Source: Smithellaceae bacterium
GTDB taxonomy: Bacteria > Desulfobacterota > Syntrophia > Syntrophales > Smithellaceae
Length of the DNA: 64,000 nt
Assembly (NCBI GenBank): GCA_963667845.2
Contig: CAXXVL010000002.1
Location: 3,040,001-3,104,000 of the forward strand
Direction: 5' to 3'
Shown: piece after piece, positions 50,992-63,463 of the stretch
Position numbering within the stretch: the stretch's first letter is position 1
Layout: each line of letters begins with the position of its first letter
Program-made: the position numbers and the translations under genes
The notes under the pieces: model-generated
What the model was told of the DNA's origin: nothing
Databases searched by the model: none
The model's input: the letters and a program-made list of their open reading frames with translations, nothing else

Positions 50992-53900
50992 CCTTTTGGG
51001 GCACCTTCCAGTACCGGCTCAGGCAGGCGGTTTCTTTTCCCCTTAAATACTTTTATGCAAAACAGCCGGAACCGATCAAGGTATAAATAAACAACAGGCG
51101 TCGTGTACAATGTCAGTATCTGACTGACAATCAGCCCGCCCACGATAGAAATGCCCAGAGGCCTGCGCAATTCGGAACCTTCTCCCGTGAGTAATATTAG
51201 CGGCAGAGCGCCGAAAAGCGCTGCCATTGTCGTCATCATAATCGGCCGGAAACGCATCAGGCAGGCCGTAAAGATGGCTTCTTCAGGGCTTTTCCCTTCC
51301 TTTCGTTCACTCTCCAGCGCAAAATCAATCATCAATATAGCGTTCTTCTTGACGAGGCCGATTAGCAGAATGACACCGATTAGAGCCATGATGGTGAACT
51401 CCGTATTGAATATCAATAATGCCAGCAAAGCCCCCACGCCGGCGGAAGGAAGCGTAGATAAAATAGTAACCGGATGGATATAGCTCTCATAAAGAATGCC
51501 CAGCACAATGTAGATGGCGATGATTGCCGCCAGAATCAGCCATGGTTGGCTTTGTGAGGATTGCTGAAATGTCTGCGCTGTTCCCTGGAAGCTTCCACGG
51601 ACGGAACCGGGCACCCCGATGCGATCCATCGTTCTTTGTATCGATTCTGTGGCCTGAGAAAGAGATACCCCCAGGGGAAGATTAAAAGAAATCGTGGATG
51701 CTGCAAATTGTCCCTGATGGTTAACGACCAGCGGTGTATTGGTTAAACCATAATTGGCAAAGGCCAAAAGGGGAACCTGCGCTCCTTGCGGAAGTTGTGA
51801 ACTGGGAGGAATAATCAGGTAGACATCCTTTAAGGATTCCGGACTCTGCAAATTGGGTGGTGAAGCCTCCATGATCACACGGTACTGGTTTAGCGGGTTG
51901 TAAATGACGGACACCTGACGCTGGCCGAAATAGTCATTTAATGTTGTGTCCAGAATGGCTGGCGTAATGCCCATACGCGAGGCGGAGTCCCGGTCAAAAG
52001 TGACGGAGGTCTGCAATCCTCGATCCTGTTCATCCGTATTGACATCCGTTAATTCAGGAAGCTCGTTGAACGCATCCTTGATGCGTTTTTCCCATATCCG
52101 CAATTCGGTAAGGTCATCGGCCTGCAAAGTATATTGATAGGTAGCTCCACCCGCTCGTCCACCAACACGAATATCCTGAACCGACTGAAGATAAAGCCGT
52201 GCCCCCGCTTCGCGGGCCAGCTTGGGGCGCAGTCTGGCAATGACCTGTTCGGCGGAAACCTTCCGCTCATCCTTTGGTTTGAGAGAAATGAACATGAACC
52301 CGGAATTGCGTTGTCCGCCACCGGTAAACCCGGACAGGCGGTCAACAGCCGGATCTGCACGAATGATGTTCATGATCGTGATCAGTTTCCGCTGCATGGC
52401 CTGAAAAGAAATATTCTGGTCCGCCTGGATCGTGCCGACCAGGGTGCCGGTATCCTGCTGCGGGAAAAAGCCCTTCGGGATGATGATGTAGAGGAAAACA
52501 TTCAAGCAGACGACAACAAATAGAATCGACATGGTGAGACGGCCATGGCGCAGGGCCCAACTCAGCGTTCGTTTGTAAAAACTGAGAACCGCCTCAAATA
52601 TCTGCTCACTCTTTCGATAGAACCGTCCAGTGCCGAGCTCTGCTTTTGATCTCAAGAGGCGGGCGCACATCATCGGTGTTGTCGTCAATGATACGAAAAG
52701 CGAAACGAGAATGGCCGCGGAAAGTACAACGGCAAATTCGCGGAAAAGTCTGCCGATGATGCCTCCCATCAATAAAATGGGAATGAATACGGCAATCAGC
52801 GACAGGCTCATCGAGAGAACGGTGAACCCCACTTCTTTTGCTCCCAGCAACGCAGCCTTAAAAGGGGTCAGGCCGGCCTCAATATGGCGGGAGATATTCT
52901 CGAGAACAACAATCGCGTCATCAACGACAAAGCCCGTCGCCACCGTGAGCGCCATCAGGGAAAGGTTATCGAGCGTGTAACCGGCGAGATACATCACTCC
53001 AAAGGTGCCGATCAGTGATACAGGTACCGCAATACTGGGAATGAATGTCGAATATATATTTCTTAAGAACAAGAACACGACAAGAATCACCAGCGCGATG
53101 GAAATCAATAAAGTACGCTCGACCTCTTTCAGCGATGCGCGGACAGTCGGGGTGCGATCCGAGGCAATCTGCAAATTAATCGCGGCAGGTATGGAGGCTT
53201 GCAGTTGCGACAAAATCGCCTTCACGCGATCAACCGTTTCAATGACGTTGGCGCCGGGCTGCTTGTATACGATCAGTAAGACGGACGGCCTGCTGTTGAA
53301 CAACCCGGCGTTACGAACATCCTGCACCGAATCGACCACGTCGCCCAGGTCATCAAGGCGCACGGCCGCACCATTGCGATAAGACACGATCAGCGGAATG
53401 TAATCAGATGCTTTCTTGGCCTGGTCATTAGCCGTTATCTGCCAGTGTTTATCGCCTGCTTCCACGGAACCCTTGGGCCGGTTGGCATTGGATGCGGCAA
53501 TGATCAGACGCACCTGCTCCGGGCTGATGCCGTAACGGTTGAGCAGGGTCGGATTGAGCTCTACACGAACGGCGGGAAGCGAACTGCCGCCCACACGCAC
53601 CTGGCCCACACCTTTTATCTGAGAAAGTTTTTGTGACAGAATGGTATCCGCTGCATCATAGAGTTGTCCTCTGGTCATGGTATCCGAGGTAAGTGCCAGA
53701 ATAAGGATGGGAGCGTCAGCGGGGTTTACTTTACGGTAAGATGGATTACTGGGTAATCCGGAAGGCAGAAGACTGCGCGCCGCATTGATAGCCGCCTGCA
53801 CATCACGCGCTGCTCCATCGATATCCCGGTCCAGATCAAACTGCAGAGAGATCCTGGTCTGTCCCAGAGAACTCGTCGAGGTCATTTCAGTGACACCGGC

Positions 53901-54122
53901 GATCCGCCCAAGAGAGCGCTCCAGAGGCGTGGCCACCGTGGCGGCCATGGTTTCCGGGCTGGCTCCGGGAAACGAAGCCGAAACGGATATGGTTGGAAAG
54001 TCAACCTGCGGCAGCGACGCTACCGGCAGCAGGTTAAACGCAACCAGGCCGGCCAGAGCGATGCCCAGCGTAATCAGGGTCGTCGCGACAGGCCGATGAA
54101 TAAAGGGAGTGGAGATGCTCAT
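50988..54122 (-). CDS. mdtC: RND permease MdtC-like
   Basis: [33 protein letters not shown]. Confidence 0.9.
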   Translation of the reverse strand: MSISTPFIHRPVATTLITLGIALAGLVAFNLLPVASLPQVDFPTISVSASFPGASPETMAATVATPLERSLGRIAGVTEMTSTSSLGQTRISLQFDLDRDIDGAARDVQAAINAARSLLPSGLPSNPSYRKVNPADAPILILALTSDTMTRGQLYDAADTILSQKLSQIKGVGQVRVGGSSLPAVRVELNPTLLNRYGISPEQVRLIIAASNANRPKGSVEAGDKHWQITANDQAKKASDYIPLIVSYRNGAAVRLDDLGDVVDSVQDVRNAGLFNSRPSVLLIVYKQPGANVIETVDRVKAILSQLQASIPAAINLQIASDRTPTVRASLKEVERTLLISIALVILVVFLFLRNIYSTFIPSIAVPVSLIGTFGVMYLAGYTLDNLSLMALTVATGFVVDDAIVVLENISRHIEAGLTPFKAALLGAKEVGFTVLSMSLSLIAVFIPILLMGGIIGRLFREFAVVLSAAILVSLFVSLTTTPMMCARLLRSKAELGTGRFYRKSEQIFEAVLSFYKRTLSWALRHGRLTMSILFVVVCLNVFLYIIIPKGFFPQQDTGTLVGTIQADQNISFQAMQRKLITIMNIIRADPAVDRLSGFTGGGQRNSGFMFISLKPKDERKVSAEQVIARLRPKLAREAGARLYLQSVQDIRVGGRAGGATYQYTLQADDLTELRIWEKRIKDAFNELPELTDVNTDEQDRGLQTSVTFDRDSASRMGITPAILDTTLNDYFGQRQVSVIYNPLNQYRVIMEASPPNLQSPESLKDVYLIIPPSSQLPQGAQVPLLAFANYGLTNTPLVVNHQGQFAASTISFNLPLGVSLSQATESIQRTMDRIGVPGSVRGSFQGTAQTFQQSSQSQPWLILAAIIAIYIVLGILYESYIHPVTILSTLPSAGVGALLALLIFNTEFTIMALIGVILLIGLVKKNAILMIDFALESERKEGKSPEEAIFTACLMRFRPIMMTTMAALFGALPLILLTGEGSELRRPLGISIVGGLIVSQILTLYTTPVVYLYLDRFRLFCIKVFKGKRNRLPEPVLEGAPKG

Positions 54123-57100
54123 GCTATTGTCCCGTTGCCTTCATCAGCCATCACCGGCTGACGGCCTAATTTGGCTCGAATACGACGGCTCATGCCGTCA
54201 AAAGCCAGATAGATGACGGGCGTAGTAAAAAGAGTCAATATTTGACTGAAAATCAGCCCGCCCACCATCGTAATGCCCAGGGGATGGCGCAACTCCGATC
54301 CGACCCCGGTGCCGAGCATTAACGGCAATGCGCCCAGGAGGGCGGCCATGGTCGTCATCATAATCGGCCGGAAGCGCAGCAGGCAGGCCTGATAAATGGC
54401 TTCCCGCGGCGTCTTGCCTTCTTTACGTTCGGCTTCCAGAGCAAAGTCGATCATCATAATGGCGTTCTTTTTCACGATGCCGATGAGCAGGATGATGCCG
54501 ATGATGCCGATGATGCCCAGATCGGTTCCGGAGATCATGAGCGCCAGTAGTGCACCGACCCCGGCAGACGGCAGAGTGGATAGAATGGTCATTGGGTGAA
54601 TATAGCTTTCATAAAGAATACCCAGGACGATATACACCGTGATGATGGCAGCAAGGATCAGAAAAAGCGTGCCGGTCAACGATGCCCTGAAAGCCAGGGC
54701 TGATCCCTGAAAACCTGTCTTGACGCTGATCGGCATGCCAATTTCCTGCTCGGCTTTTTCGATCGTCGAGACGGCATCTCCCAGTGATTTTCCATGCGCC
54801 AGATTAAAAGAGATGGTGGCACAGGGAAATTGCCCCTGGTGACTGACGACCAGCGAAGCCGGTTTCTCCGATATCCTTGCAATGGCCGAAAACGGAACCT
54901 GTGTCCCGGATTGGGATGCAATATATAAATCATTCAGTGCAAATGGTCCTTTTTTATAATCGGGCTTCACCTCCAGCACAACACGATACTGGTTTGATTG
55001 GGTGAATATCGTAGATACGAGGCGCTGACCGAAAGCATCATAGAGGATGTTGTCAATTCCCGCTGTTGTGATGCCGAGGCGTCCGGCGGCGCTTCGGTCG
55101 ATTTCCACATAGGCCTGCAGACCCTGATCCTGCAAATCACTGGCGACGTCCACGAGATAGGGCGAATGAGAAATCCGCTCGACCAGACGACGGGTCCAGA
55201 GAGCAAGCTCCTCGGGATCGGCGGACTCCAGCGTGAATTGATACTGGGTCCGGCTGACCCTGTCTTCAATCGTCAGATCCTGCACGGGCTGCATGTAAAG
55301 GGACATCCCTTTAACGTCCGCCGCGGCAAGCCTGGCCTGCAGGCGGCGGATGACGCCGGACGCATCGAGATCGCGTTTATTCTTCGGGATCAAATTGATC
55401 ATCATGCGCCCGCTGTTTAACGTTACATTGGTTCCATCGACACCGATAAAGGAAGACAGACTCTCGACCGCCGGGTCCTGCAAAATCAATTTAGCCAGCG
55501 CCTGCTGCCGCTCGGCCATGGCGGAAAATGAAATCGATTGCGGCGCCTCTGAGATGCCGAGGATCATACCGGTATCCTGCACGGGGAAAAAACCCTTGGG
55601 AACGATAATATATAAAAGAACGGTCAATACCAGTGTTGCAATGGCGACGGTGAGCGTCGCCTTCTGATGATTCAGAATCCAGGTAAGCATTTCACCGTAA
55701 CGCGCGATTGTCCTATCGAAAAACAAACCGCTTTGACGGTAAAAACGTCCCTGTTTCTCCTCGGGGACGTGCCGGAGCAGCTTGGAGCACATCATCGGCG
55801 TAAGGGTCAGCGAAATAACGGCCGAAATTAATATGGCGACGGCCAGAGTGATCGCAAATTCCCGGAAAAGCCGCCCCACAACGTCTCCCATGAAAAGAAG
55901 GGGAATCAGAACCGCAATCAGAGAAAAGGTCAGCGAAATGATCGTAAAGGCTATCTGCTTGGATCCTTTGAGGGCGGCTTCCAGCGGTGACAGCCCTTGT
56001 TCGATGTAACGGGCGATGTTTTCAATGACGACAATGGCATCATCGACGACGAAACCGGTCGAGATGGTCAAAGCCATCAACGTCAGGTTATTGATGCTGA
56101 AACCGAAAAGGTACATGAGCCCGAACGTTCCGATGAGCGAGAGTGGTACGGCGATGCTCGGAATGATGGTCGCGGATAGATTGCGCAGAAAAAGAAAAAT
56201 GACCATCACGACGAGCGCCACGGCAAGGAGGAGCTCAAACTGCACGTCATTTACGGATTCCCGGATGGTTGTTGTGCGGTCTGTCAAAAGGCTGACGTCG
56301 ACCGAACCCGGAAGGGATGAGCGCAACTGGGGAATTATTTTTTTAATCCGGTTGACGACTTCAATGACATTGGCGCCCGGCTGGCGCTGAATATTCACAA
56401 TGACTGCCGGCGTCTGATTTTGCCATGCCGCCAGATTAACATTCTCCGCGTCATCAAGAACATCGGCGACATCATCCAGACGCACCGGTGCACCATTGCG
56501 ATAAGCAACAATGACTTTTTCATATTCTGCTGCGATCTTGATCTGATCATTGGCGTCGATGGTGGAGGCGCGTTCCGGACCGTCAAAACTGCCTTTGGCC
56601 TGATTGACGTTCGCATTGCCGATCGTCGTGCGCAAATCCTCCAGCGTGAGCTTATAGGAGGCCAGTGCCCGGGGATTGGCCTGAATGCGTACGGCCGGTC
56701 TTTGTCCGCCGCTGATGCTGACCAGTCCGACACCCGGCAATTGCGAAATTTTTTGAGCGACGCGGGTATCGATAAGATCCTGGACTTTCGGCAACGGCAA
56801 GGTCTTTGATGTTATTGCCAAGGTCATAATCGGCGCATCAGCAGGATTCACCTTGCTATAGATGGGCGGCATCGGCAGGTCGATTGGAAGAAAGGTAGTG
56901 CTGGCGTTGATCGCCGCCTGGACTTCCTGTTCCGCAACGTCAAGATTCAGGCTCAGATTGAATTGCAGCGTAATGACGGATGCGCCGCCTGAGCTTGTCG
57001 AAGACATCTGGTTCAGTCCCGGCATCTGTCCGAATTGGCGCTCCAGAGGCGCCGTAATGGAGGAAGTGACAACGTCCGGACTTGCTCCGGGGTAAAGGGT

Positions 57101-57244
57101 TACAACCTGAATCGTCGGGTAATCAACCTGCGGCAGGGCGGAAATCGGGAGTACTCGATAACCAATGATTCCCGCGAGTAGAATGGCGACCATGAACAAT
57201 GATGTTGCCACAGGGCGCAAGATGAAGGGACGTGAAGGGTTCAT
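54119..57244 (-). CDS. mdtB: RND permease MdtB-like
   Basis: [37 protein letters not shown]. Confidence 0.92.
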   Translation of the reverse strand: MNPSRPFILRPVATSLFMVAILLAGIIGYRVLPISALPQVDYPTIQVVTLYPGASPDVVTSSITAPLERQFGQMPGLNQMSSTSSGGASVITLQFNLSLNLDVAEQEVQAAINASTTFLPIDLPMPPIYSKVNPADAPIMTLAITSKTLPLPKVQDLIDTRVAQKISQLPGVGLVSISGGQRPAVRIQANPRALASYKLTLEDLRTTIGNANVNQAKGSFDGPERASTIDANDQIKIAAEYEKVIVAYRNGAPVRLDDVADVLDDAENVNLAAWQNQTPAVIVNIQRQPGANVIEVVNRIKKIIPQLRSSLPGSVDVSLLTDRTTTIRESVNDVQFELLLAVALVVMVIFLFLRNLSATIIPSIAVPLSLIGTFGLMYLFGFSINNLTLMALTISTGFVVDDAIVVIENIARYIEQGLSPLEAALKGSKQIAFTIISLTFSLIAVLIPLLFMGDVVGRLFREFAITLAVAILISAVISLTLTPMMCSKLLRHVPEEKQGRFYRQSGLFFDRTIARYGEMLTWILNHQKATLTVAIATLVLTVLLYIIVPKGFFPVQDTGMILGISEAPQSISFSAMAERQQALAKLILQDPAVESLSSFIGVDGTNVTLNSGRMMINLIPKNKRDLDASGVIRRLQARLAAADVKGMSLYMQPVQDLTIEDRVSRTQYQFTLESADPEELALWTRRLVERISHSPYLVDVASDLQDQGLQAYVEIDRSAAGRLGITTAGIDNILYDAFGQRLVSTIFTQSNQYRVVLEVKPDYKKGPFALNDLYIASQSGTQVPFSAIARISEKPASLVVSHQGQFPCATISFNLAHGKSLGDAVSTIEKAEQEIGMPISVKTGFQGSALAFRASLTGTLFLILAAIITVYIVLGILYESYIHPMTILSTLPSAGVGALLALMISGTDLGIIGIIGIILLIGIVKKNAIMMIDFALEAERKEGKTPREAIYQACLLRFRPIMMTTMAALLGALPLMLGTGVGSELRHPLGITMVGGLIFSQILTLFTTPVIYLAFDGMSRRIRAKLGRQPVMADEGNGTIA

Positions 57245-57305
57245 TTATCTGCCTATAATATCGGCGAAACAGAATTATCTATGCACAAGTCAGATTCGAC
57301 ATGGT

Positions 57306-58595
57306 TTATTTTGGTAATGAAGCCGGCCTTTTTTTGCGCGAGGCAGCAGCGTTTGTCTTTTCATTACGGCCCGACGCGCCTTTACCGTCCTGCGCGGTAA
57401 TCGCCACTCTTGATCCTTCGCGGAGTTTGTCGCCGCCCACGGTCACCACATATTCTCCAGGCAGCAAACCCTCGTTGACAACTACTCTGTCGCTTTCAGC
57501 GGGTCCCAGTTTTAACATTTTTACGGTTACGCTCTTGTCCCGGTTAACCACGTAAGCAAAAGTGCCGATACTGCCTCTCTGCACTGCAGCGGTGGGCATT
57601 ACCGTTGCTTCACCGAGCGTATCCACTTTCAACCGGATATTAACAAACTGGTTGGGAAAAAGCTTATTATCCTTGTTGTCGAAAATCGCCTTCAGTTTAA
57701 TGGTTCCTGTCGTCGTATCGATCTGATTGTCTACTGCCAGCAATCTGCCGCTGGCCAGCAATACTTTGCCTTCCTGATCATAGGCCTGCACAGGTAATAT
57801 TGTTCGTCCGGCATTCCAGCGGTGCATTAGAATTGTCAAATTGTCCTGTGGTAAGGCAAAGGTTACTGTGATTGGCTGCAGTTGTGTGATCACCACAATC
57901 CCGTTGGCATCATTGACCTGAACCATATTGCCGGGATCGACTTGCTTTAGACCTACGCGTCCCGAAATGGGGGCGATCACTCGCGCATAGGTCAGCTGGA
58001 GCCTGGCATTGGCGATTTGGCCTTTATCAGTTACAACCACACCGCGGTATTGTTTTACGAGGGCTTCCTGTGTTGTAACCTGCTGCGTGGCAATGGAATC
58101 TTCAGTAAGCAATTTTTTATAAAGCGCCAGATCGGACTCAGCATTTTTTAAGAAAGCTTCATCACGGGCCAGCTGGCCTTCGGCCTGCATCAATTGCACC
58201 TGGAAAGGCCGTGGATCAATTTCTGCAATCAGGTCGCCGCGGTTAACCTGCTGTCCTTCTTTAAAGTGAACGGCAATGAGTTGTCCGCTCACCTGAGATT
58301 TGACCGTAACGGTATTCGTCGGGATGACTGTCCCCAGCCCCTTCAAATAGACATCAAAATCGGTTTTTTTCGTCATAAGGGCCACGACGGGTTGTGGACG
58401 CTGATTGGCCGACGGGGATTCTTTATTGGCTAAAGAATTCCTTATTTTTGACGCGATGAGGAGACCCGCAATAATGACAATGATGATTACTATAAGTATT
58501 ATCCAGTGACGGCGGGTAAATTTGCGAGTCCTTTTGGAAACGGATTCAGCGCTCGTTTCAGTCTTCGATGTCTGGTTCATGCGAACTTTATCCAT
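57306..58595 (-). CDS. mdtA: RND periplasmic adaptor MdtA-like
   Basis: IDPRPF, APISGRVGL, DNQIDTTTGTIKLKA, LFPNQFVN. Confidence 0.92.
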   Translation of the reverse strand: MDKVRMNQTSKTETSAESVSKRTRKFTRRHWIILIVIIIVIIAGLLIASKIRNSLANKESPSANQRPQPVVALMTKKTDFDVYLKGLGTVIPTNTVTVKSQVSGQLIAVHFKEGQQVNRGDLIAEIDPRPFQVQLMQAEGQLARDEAFLKNAESDLALYKKLLTEDSIATQQVTTQEALVKQYRGVVVTDKGQIANARLQLTYARVIAPISGRVGLKQVDPGNMVQVNDANGIVVITQLQPITVTFALPQDNLTILMHRWNAGRTILPVQAYDQEGKVLLASGRLLAVDNQIDTTTGTIKLKAIFDNKDNKLFPNQFVNIRLKVDTLGEATVMPTAAVQRGSIGTFAYVVNRDKSVTVKMLKLGPAESDRVVVNEGLLPGEYVVTVGGDKLREGSRVAITAQDGKGASGRNEKTNAAASRKKRPASLPK

Positions 58596-58998
58596 TCCTT
58601 TTCTTCTTTTATTAGAATCTTTATCCTATCTTTATTACAAGTTGCACGTTGTCAAACTTTAACATGTCAGATTGCGCGAATTTAGAAAATATTTCGTTAT
58701 ATATATGATTCGAGGGAATTTATCATCAAGGTTTATGCCAACGGATGGCGCAAAAATGTAAATGCCTGTTATTCATAATTAATATCAATTATCTGATTAT
58801 CATTTATGGTCGAGTAATTATACAAGTGGATAATATTGATCCATAATCAGTATCCATGTGGATAAATTATAACCAAGCAAGAAAAAATAATGTAACGATA
58901 TGGGATGTTGGAGTAATCGTAAGTCGGAATTTGGAATAATATTCTTGATAAATTGAACGATATGATCTAATTAGCAGACCTCAAAGGAAGGAGTCCTT

Positions 58999-59910
58999 AT
59001 GTCGAGTGAGCTGATGAATACGAAGGAAGTAGCCAAGTATTTGGATATTCATGAAAAACAAGTATATCTGCTAATAAAATCCGGCAAAATTCCCTGCACT
59101 CGGGTGACCGGCAAATGGATTTTTCCCAGCAAACTTATTGATGAATGGATACATTCCAGCGCCCACGATGGTCTTCAACAGGCAAGAAAGAAAGTCAATC
59201 AAATTGAAGGAGCGCTTTTGGCTGCGGGAAGCAATGACCTGGTTCTGGATATGCTTCTTACGACGATTAAGAAAGATCACCCGGCCTTTACTATCTTTTC
59301 TGCCAATACCGGCAGCATCAATGGTCTGGAATCTCTCAACACGGGCCTTACAGACATCGCTTTTGCGCATCTCTATGATCCGCAAACGGGTGATTACAAT
59401 ATTCCTTATTTAAAACAGTATTGCCCGGATCATTCCCCCGTTGTTGTTAATCTGTTCTATCGGCAAATCGGATTTCTCATCGCAAAATCGCAATCGAATA
59501 TTTTTAGAGGCTGGGAAAGCCTGACGCAAGACGGCACCCGTTTCATTAACCGGCAGGCGGGTTCGGGGATCAGGATTCTGCTGGATCATGAACTGAAACA
59601 ACGAGGAATCGCCGCTGCTGATATTGATGGGTATGACCGCGAAGTCTTCACGCACTTTGAGGTCGGCCTTTCCCTGATTTCGAATGAATCGGATGTCGGA
59701 ATTGCCTCCGCCGCCGTGGCGAAAATATTGGATCTGGACTTTCACCCCCTGACGAGCGAGCGCTTTGACATGATCCTGGATAAGGATACTTTTTTCCAGC
59801 CGGCGATTCAGGCTTTTATTGAAACACTCCAATCCGACACGTTTAAAAACCGTGTTGAGAAAATCGGAAATTACAATTTCAAGGATGCCGGTAGAATATT
59901 GCATTCCTAA
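58999..59910 (+). CDS. Excisionase-type HTH + molybdate/tungstate PBP-like regulator (TaoR-like)
   Basis: MNTKEVAKYL..GKIP..GKWIF; GSND, FINRQAGSG; first gene before tupABC. Confidence 0.85.
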   Translation: MSSELMNTKEVAKYLDIHEKQVYLLIKSGKIPCTRVTGKWIFPSKLIDEWIHSSAHDGLQQARKKVNQIEGALLAAGSNDLVLDMLLTTIKKDHPAFTIFSANTGSINGLESLNTGLTDIAFAHLYDPQTGDYNIPYLKQYCPDHSPVVVNLFYRQIGFLIAKSQSNIFRGWESLTQDGTRFINRQAGSGIRILLDHELKQRGIAAADIDGYDREVFTHFEVGLSLISNESDVGIASAAVAKILDLDFHPLTSERFDMILDKDTFFQPAIQAFIETLQSDTFKNRVEKIGNYNFKDAGRILHS

Positions 59911-59942
59911 GATTTTTCAAAACAAAAGTAAGGAGACCGACT

Positions 59943-60809
59943 ATGAAGATTTTCAGAAGCAGCAAATGGGTCATCACGTTAATAGTTGCCGCAGCGCTTA
60001 TCGTCGTGGGCGCAGCGAATGTGCTTGCCGCGCCGAAGCAAAAGAATATTATACTCGCAACGACCACCAGCACCCAGGATTCGGGACTGCTCGATGTTCT
60101 ATTACCCATCTTTGAAAACCAGACCGGTTACTTTGTAAAAACCATCGCTGTCGGTTCCGGGCAGGCCATGGCGATGGGTCAAAAGGGGGAGGCGGACGTA
60201 TTGCTTGTCCATTCGCCGGACGCGGAAAAGAAATTTATTGAAGAAGGGTATAGTGTAAACCGCCGTTTGGTTATGCACAACGATTTTATTATTATCGGAC
60301 CGCCTGCTGACCCGGCGAAAATTAAGGGCGCGAAATCCTCGGCGGATGCACTGAAGAAGATCGCTCAGACGAATTCACTGTTTATGTCACGCGGTGACAA
60401 TTCCGGAACGCATGCGAAAGAAAAGACGCTGTGGAAGAAGGCCGGCATCATCCCCGCCGGACAGAAATGGTATCAGGAAACCGGTCTTGGAATGGGACAG
60501 ACACTGAGCGTAGCGTCGGAGAAAAAGGGATACACGCTGGCGGACCGTGGCACCTATCTCGCAACAAAGAAAAATCTGGGCCTGGAAATTCTCGTAGAAG
60601 GTGACGCATCCCTATTGAATATCTATCATGTGATTGAAGTCAGCAGTGCCAAATGGCCAAAGGCCAATGCTGAGGGCGCCAAAGCCTTTGCCGATTTTAT
60701 GCTTGCCAATAAAACCCAGCGTATCATTAAGACCTTCGGTGTCGACAAATTCGGTTCACCTCTGTTTTTCCCGGATGCGGGAAAAAAGCTCGAAGATTTA
60801 GGGAAATAG
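59943..60809 (+). CDS. tupA: Tungstate ABC transporter binding protein
   Basis: LATTTSTQDSGLL, SRGDNSGTH, DRGTY. Confidence 0.92.
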   Translation: MKIFRSSKWVITLIVAAALIVVGAANVLAAPKQKNIILATTTSTQDSGLLDVLLPIFENQTGYFVKTIAVGSGQAMAMGQKGEADVLLVHSPDAEKKFIEEGYSVNRRLVMHNDFIIIGPPADPAKIKGAKSSADALKKIAQTNSLFMSRGDNSGTHAKEKTLWKKAGIIPAGQKWYQETGLGMGQTLSVASEKKGYTLADRGTYLATKKNLGLEILVEGDASLLNIYHVIEVSSAKWPKANAEGAKAFADFMLANKTQRIIKTFGVDKFGSPLFFPDAGKKLEDLGK

Positions 60810-60825
60810 CCGTCAGGAGCATCGA

Positions 60826-61524
60826 GTGGATTTAATTGTTCAGGGGATCATCAAAGCATTCGAATTAATCATCAGTTTTGATCCCGAAGTCATGGGAATT
60901 ACGTGGCTGTCCTTGAAAATATCCGGGACAGCCACATTCATCAGCCTGTTCATCGGCATCTCGATAGGAACTGCGGTTGCGTTAACCAATTTTCACGGAA
61001 AACGGCTCGTTATCACCTTAATTAATACCGGGATGGGGCTGCCGCCCGTAGTCGTGGGGCTCTTTGTGACGATCCTGATCTGGCGCAGCGGCCCCTTGGG
61101 CTTTCTCGAAATTCTCTATACGCCCTATGCGATGATCATCGCGCAGGCGATAATTGCTACGCCGATTGTTATGGGGATATCGCTGGCTTCCATTCAAAAC
61201 CTGCCCCCGAATCTGCGCCTGCAGATTTTGTCACTAGGCGCCAGCCGTCTGCAGATGGTCTGGGTATTAATCAAAGAATCCAAACTTCCACTCCTTGCGG
61301 CCGTGATGGCCGGTTTTGGCGGCGTCATTTCCGAAGTCGGTGCGTCCATCATGGTCGGCGGCAATATCAAGGGATATTCGCGAGTCCTGACGACGGCCAC
61401 GGTCATGGAAACGGGCAAAGGAAACTTCGACATCGCCATTGCTCTGGGAATCATCCTACTGATCCTGGCTTTTCTCGTCAATCTCCTGCTCACGCTGATA
61501 CAGCAAAAGGAACATCTGCGATGA
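60826..61524 (+). CDS. tupB: Tungstate ABC transporter permease
   Basis: MGLPPVVVGL, SEVGA..VGGNI. Confidence 0.92.
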   Translation: MDLIVQGIIKAFELIISFDPEVMGITWLSLKISGTATFISLFIGISIGTAVALTNFHGKRLVITLINTGMGLPPVVVGLFVTILIWRSGPLGFLEILYTPYAMIIAQAIIATPIVMGISLASIQNLPPNLRLQILSLGASRLQMVWVLIKESKLPLLAAVMAGFGGVISEVGASIMVGGNIKGYSRVLTTATVMETGKGNFDIAIALGIILLILAFLVNLLLTLIQQKEHLR

Positions 61525-62603
61525 GCAAATTAACCGTTCAGAATTTAACCGTTCGGCGTGGTGGCGCCACAGTCCTGGATATCAGGGAGTTGAATGTAGA
61601 AGAGGGGAGAATCCTTGCGTTGATCGGACCCAACGGCGCCGGAAAATCAACCCTTTTGCTCACCATGGCAGGCTTGTTGAAACCGAGTGAGGGAAGGATT
61701 TATTATCGCGGTGAGCCTGTGGACAGCAGTGCCCGTCGATCCGCCATGCGTAAGAGCGTCTGCGTTATCTTTCAGGAACCGCTGCTGCTCGCCACGTCGG
61801 TTTATAAAAACGTCGCCCTGGGCTTAAAATTCAGGCATCTCAGCACCAAGGAAATTGAAAAGAGCGTGGATGAATCACTGGAATATTTCGGCATCAGTTC
61901 ACTGGCAACTCGGTCGGCAAAAACGCTTTCCGGCGGAGAAGCGAAGCGCGTGTCGCTGGCGAGGGCATTTGCCTTAAAGCCGGAACTGATCCTCATGGAT
62001 GAAGCATTCAATTCTCTTGATCCTCCGACGCGGGAATCGCTCATTGACGACCTGCGCCACATCCTGGAGACGACAAAGATCACAGCGGTCATGGCGTTGC
62101 ATGATCGGGAAGAAACGCTGCGACTGGCACAGGATGTCGCAGTGATCGCCTGCGGTAAAATCGTTCAGTCCGGCACAACGGCTAAGATATTTAACGAACC
62201 GGATTCGGAATTTGTGGCCGGCTTTGTGGGAACGGAAACGATCCTGGAAGGAACCGTCACAGGCAGTCATCAGGGACGACTGGACATTTCGGTGGCTGGA
62301 AAGACAATCGAGGCGGTAGGTGATTTCCTGCCGGGGCAACAGGTTTTCTGTTGCATCAGGCCGGAGAACATCATCGTGTCGCCTGCGCTGCCGCAAAAGA
62401 GCAGCGCCCGCAATGTTTTCGCAGCCAAGATTCAAAAGGTTGTGCGCCAGGCATTTTTCTATAAAATGATCCTGGAGTGCGGTTTTCCCGTCGTGGCGTA
62501 TGTCACCGTTTCTTCGTTTGAAGATTTGGGCCTCCGTGAAGGTTCAACGGTTGCTGTGTCTTTCAAAGCCACTGCCGTTCATGTCATGCATCGGCACGAA
62601 TAA
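61521..62603 (+). CDS. tupC: Tungstate ABC transporter ATPase with TOBE domains
   Basis: GPNGAGKST, LSGGE, C-terminal SARN..FKATAVH. Confidence 0.9.
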   Translation: MSKLTVQNLTVRRGGATVLDIRELNVEEGRILALIGPNGAGKSTLLLTMAGLLKPSEGRIYYRGEPVDSSARRSAMRKSVCVIFQEPLLLATSVYKNVALGLKFRHLSTKEIEKSVDESLEYFGISSLATRSAKTLSGGEAKRVSLARAFALKPELILMDEAFNSLDPPTRESLIDDLRHILETTKITAVMALHDREETLRLAQDVAVIACGKIVQSGTTAKIFNEPDSEFVAGFVGTETILEGTVTGSHQGRLDISVAGKTIEAVGDFLPGQQVFCCIRPENIIVSPALPQKSSARNVFAAKIQKVVRQAFFYKMILECGFPVVAYVTVSSFEDLGLREGSTVAVSFKATAVHVMHRHE

Positions 62604-62844
62604 TCGTGTTGATCTTCCTGCTTTCGAGGACACCCGGAGCATATTGAAGAGTTTTTGATCTACGTCGATCTTCCTCGCTTCCCTAAAACATCGCTGCTGA
62701 TGCCAAGGAATGTGAAAATGGTTGGCATATTCCCGGAATTAGATTATGGATGATGTAAGCGAATATTCAGAATATATCGTATTGTCGGTTTAATCTTGAA
62801 CCCATGGAGAAAACTTGAACTGGTAGAATAAAAGATCGCAGGAG

Positions 62845-63282
62845 GTGAAGGCCATTTTTAACTACAATCTTTATCTGGAAAACATTCGTTCCGGGAAGAA
62901 GGGTTTAAATCCGTACCTTGATTCTTTTAACATCACGTTAACACAACTGAGTGCCGGCCGGGCGTGCTTTACAATGCCAATACGTCCGGAATATCTCCAG
63001 GGCGCAGGATTCATGCAAGGGGGCCTGATTGTTGCGCTGGCCGATGAATCTATTGCCCATGCCATGATGACCCAACTGGCTCCCGATGAAGGTTTGACGA
63101 CGATAGAACTCAAGAGTAATTTTCTGTCAGGTATTTCCCATGGCGTGCTTCGCGCGGATGCCGCCGTTTTCAAAAAAGGCCGGAATCTGATCATCGGTGA
63201 TTGTCTGGTGACGAGTGGGGAAGGGAAGAACATCTGCCGCGTATCGGCGACTTTTATGCTGTTAAAGGAAGAAAAGAAATAA
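62845..63282 (+). CDS. PaaI-family hotdog thioesterase
   Basis: QGAGFMQGGLIVALADE, TIELKSNFL, KKGR. Confidence 0.88.
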   Translation: MKAIFNYNLYLENIRSGKKGLNPYLDSFNITLTQLSAGRACFTMPIRPEYLQGAGFMQGGLIVALADESIAHAMMTQLAPDEGLTTIELKSNFLSGISHGVLRADAAVFKKGRNLIIGDCLVTSGEGKNICRVSATFMLLKEEKK

Positions 63283-63402
63283 AGACAAATAAGAGCAGAT
63301 TGATGCAATACAGCCGGGCATCGACGGGGACCCTTGGAAACAAAGTAGTCGGAGTCATGAAAAGCTGGACCAGGCGCTGTCTTTATTGATGAAAAGCACA
63401 TT

Positions 63403-63438
63403 AAAAAAGCCCTCTGAAGGAAATTATCAGAGGGCTTT
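63403..63438. terminator. Bidirectional terminator
   Basis: AAAGCCCTCTGA ... TCAGAGGGCTTT. Confidence 0.75.
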
Positions 63439-63463
63439 AATTTCACAGCTTGGAAGGGGGGAT

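Noticed and set aside
58600..58990. Moco/Tuco riboswitch or oriC upstream of the tup genes
   Set aside because: No recognisable riboswitch stems; only one perfect DnaA box and no dnaA nearby
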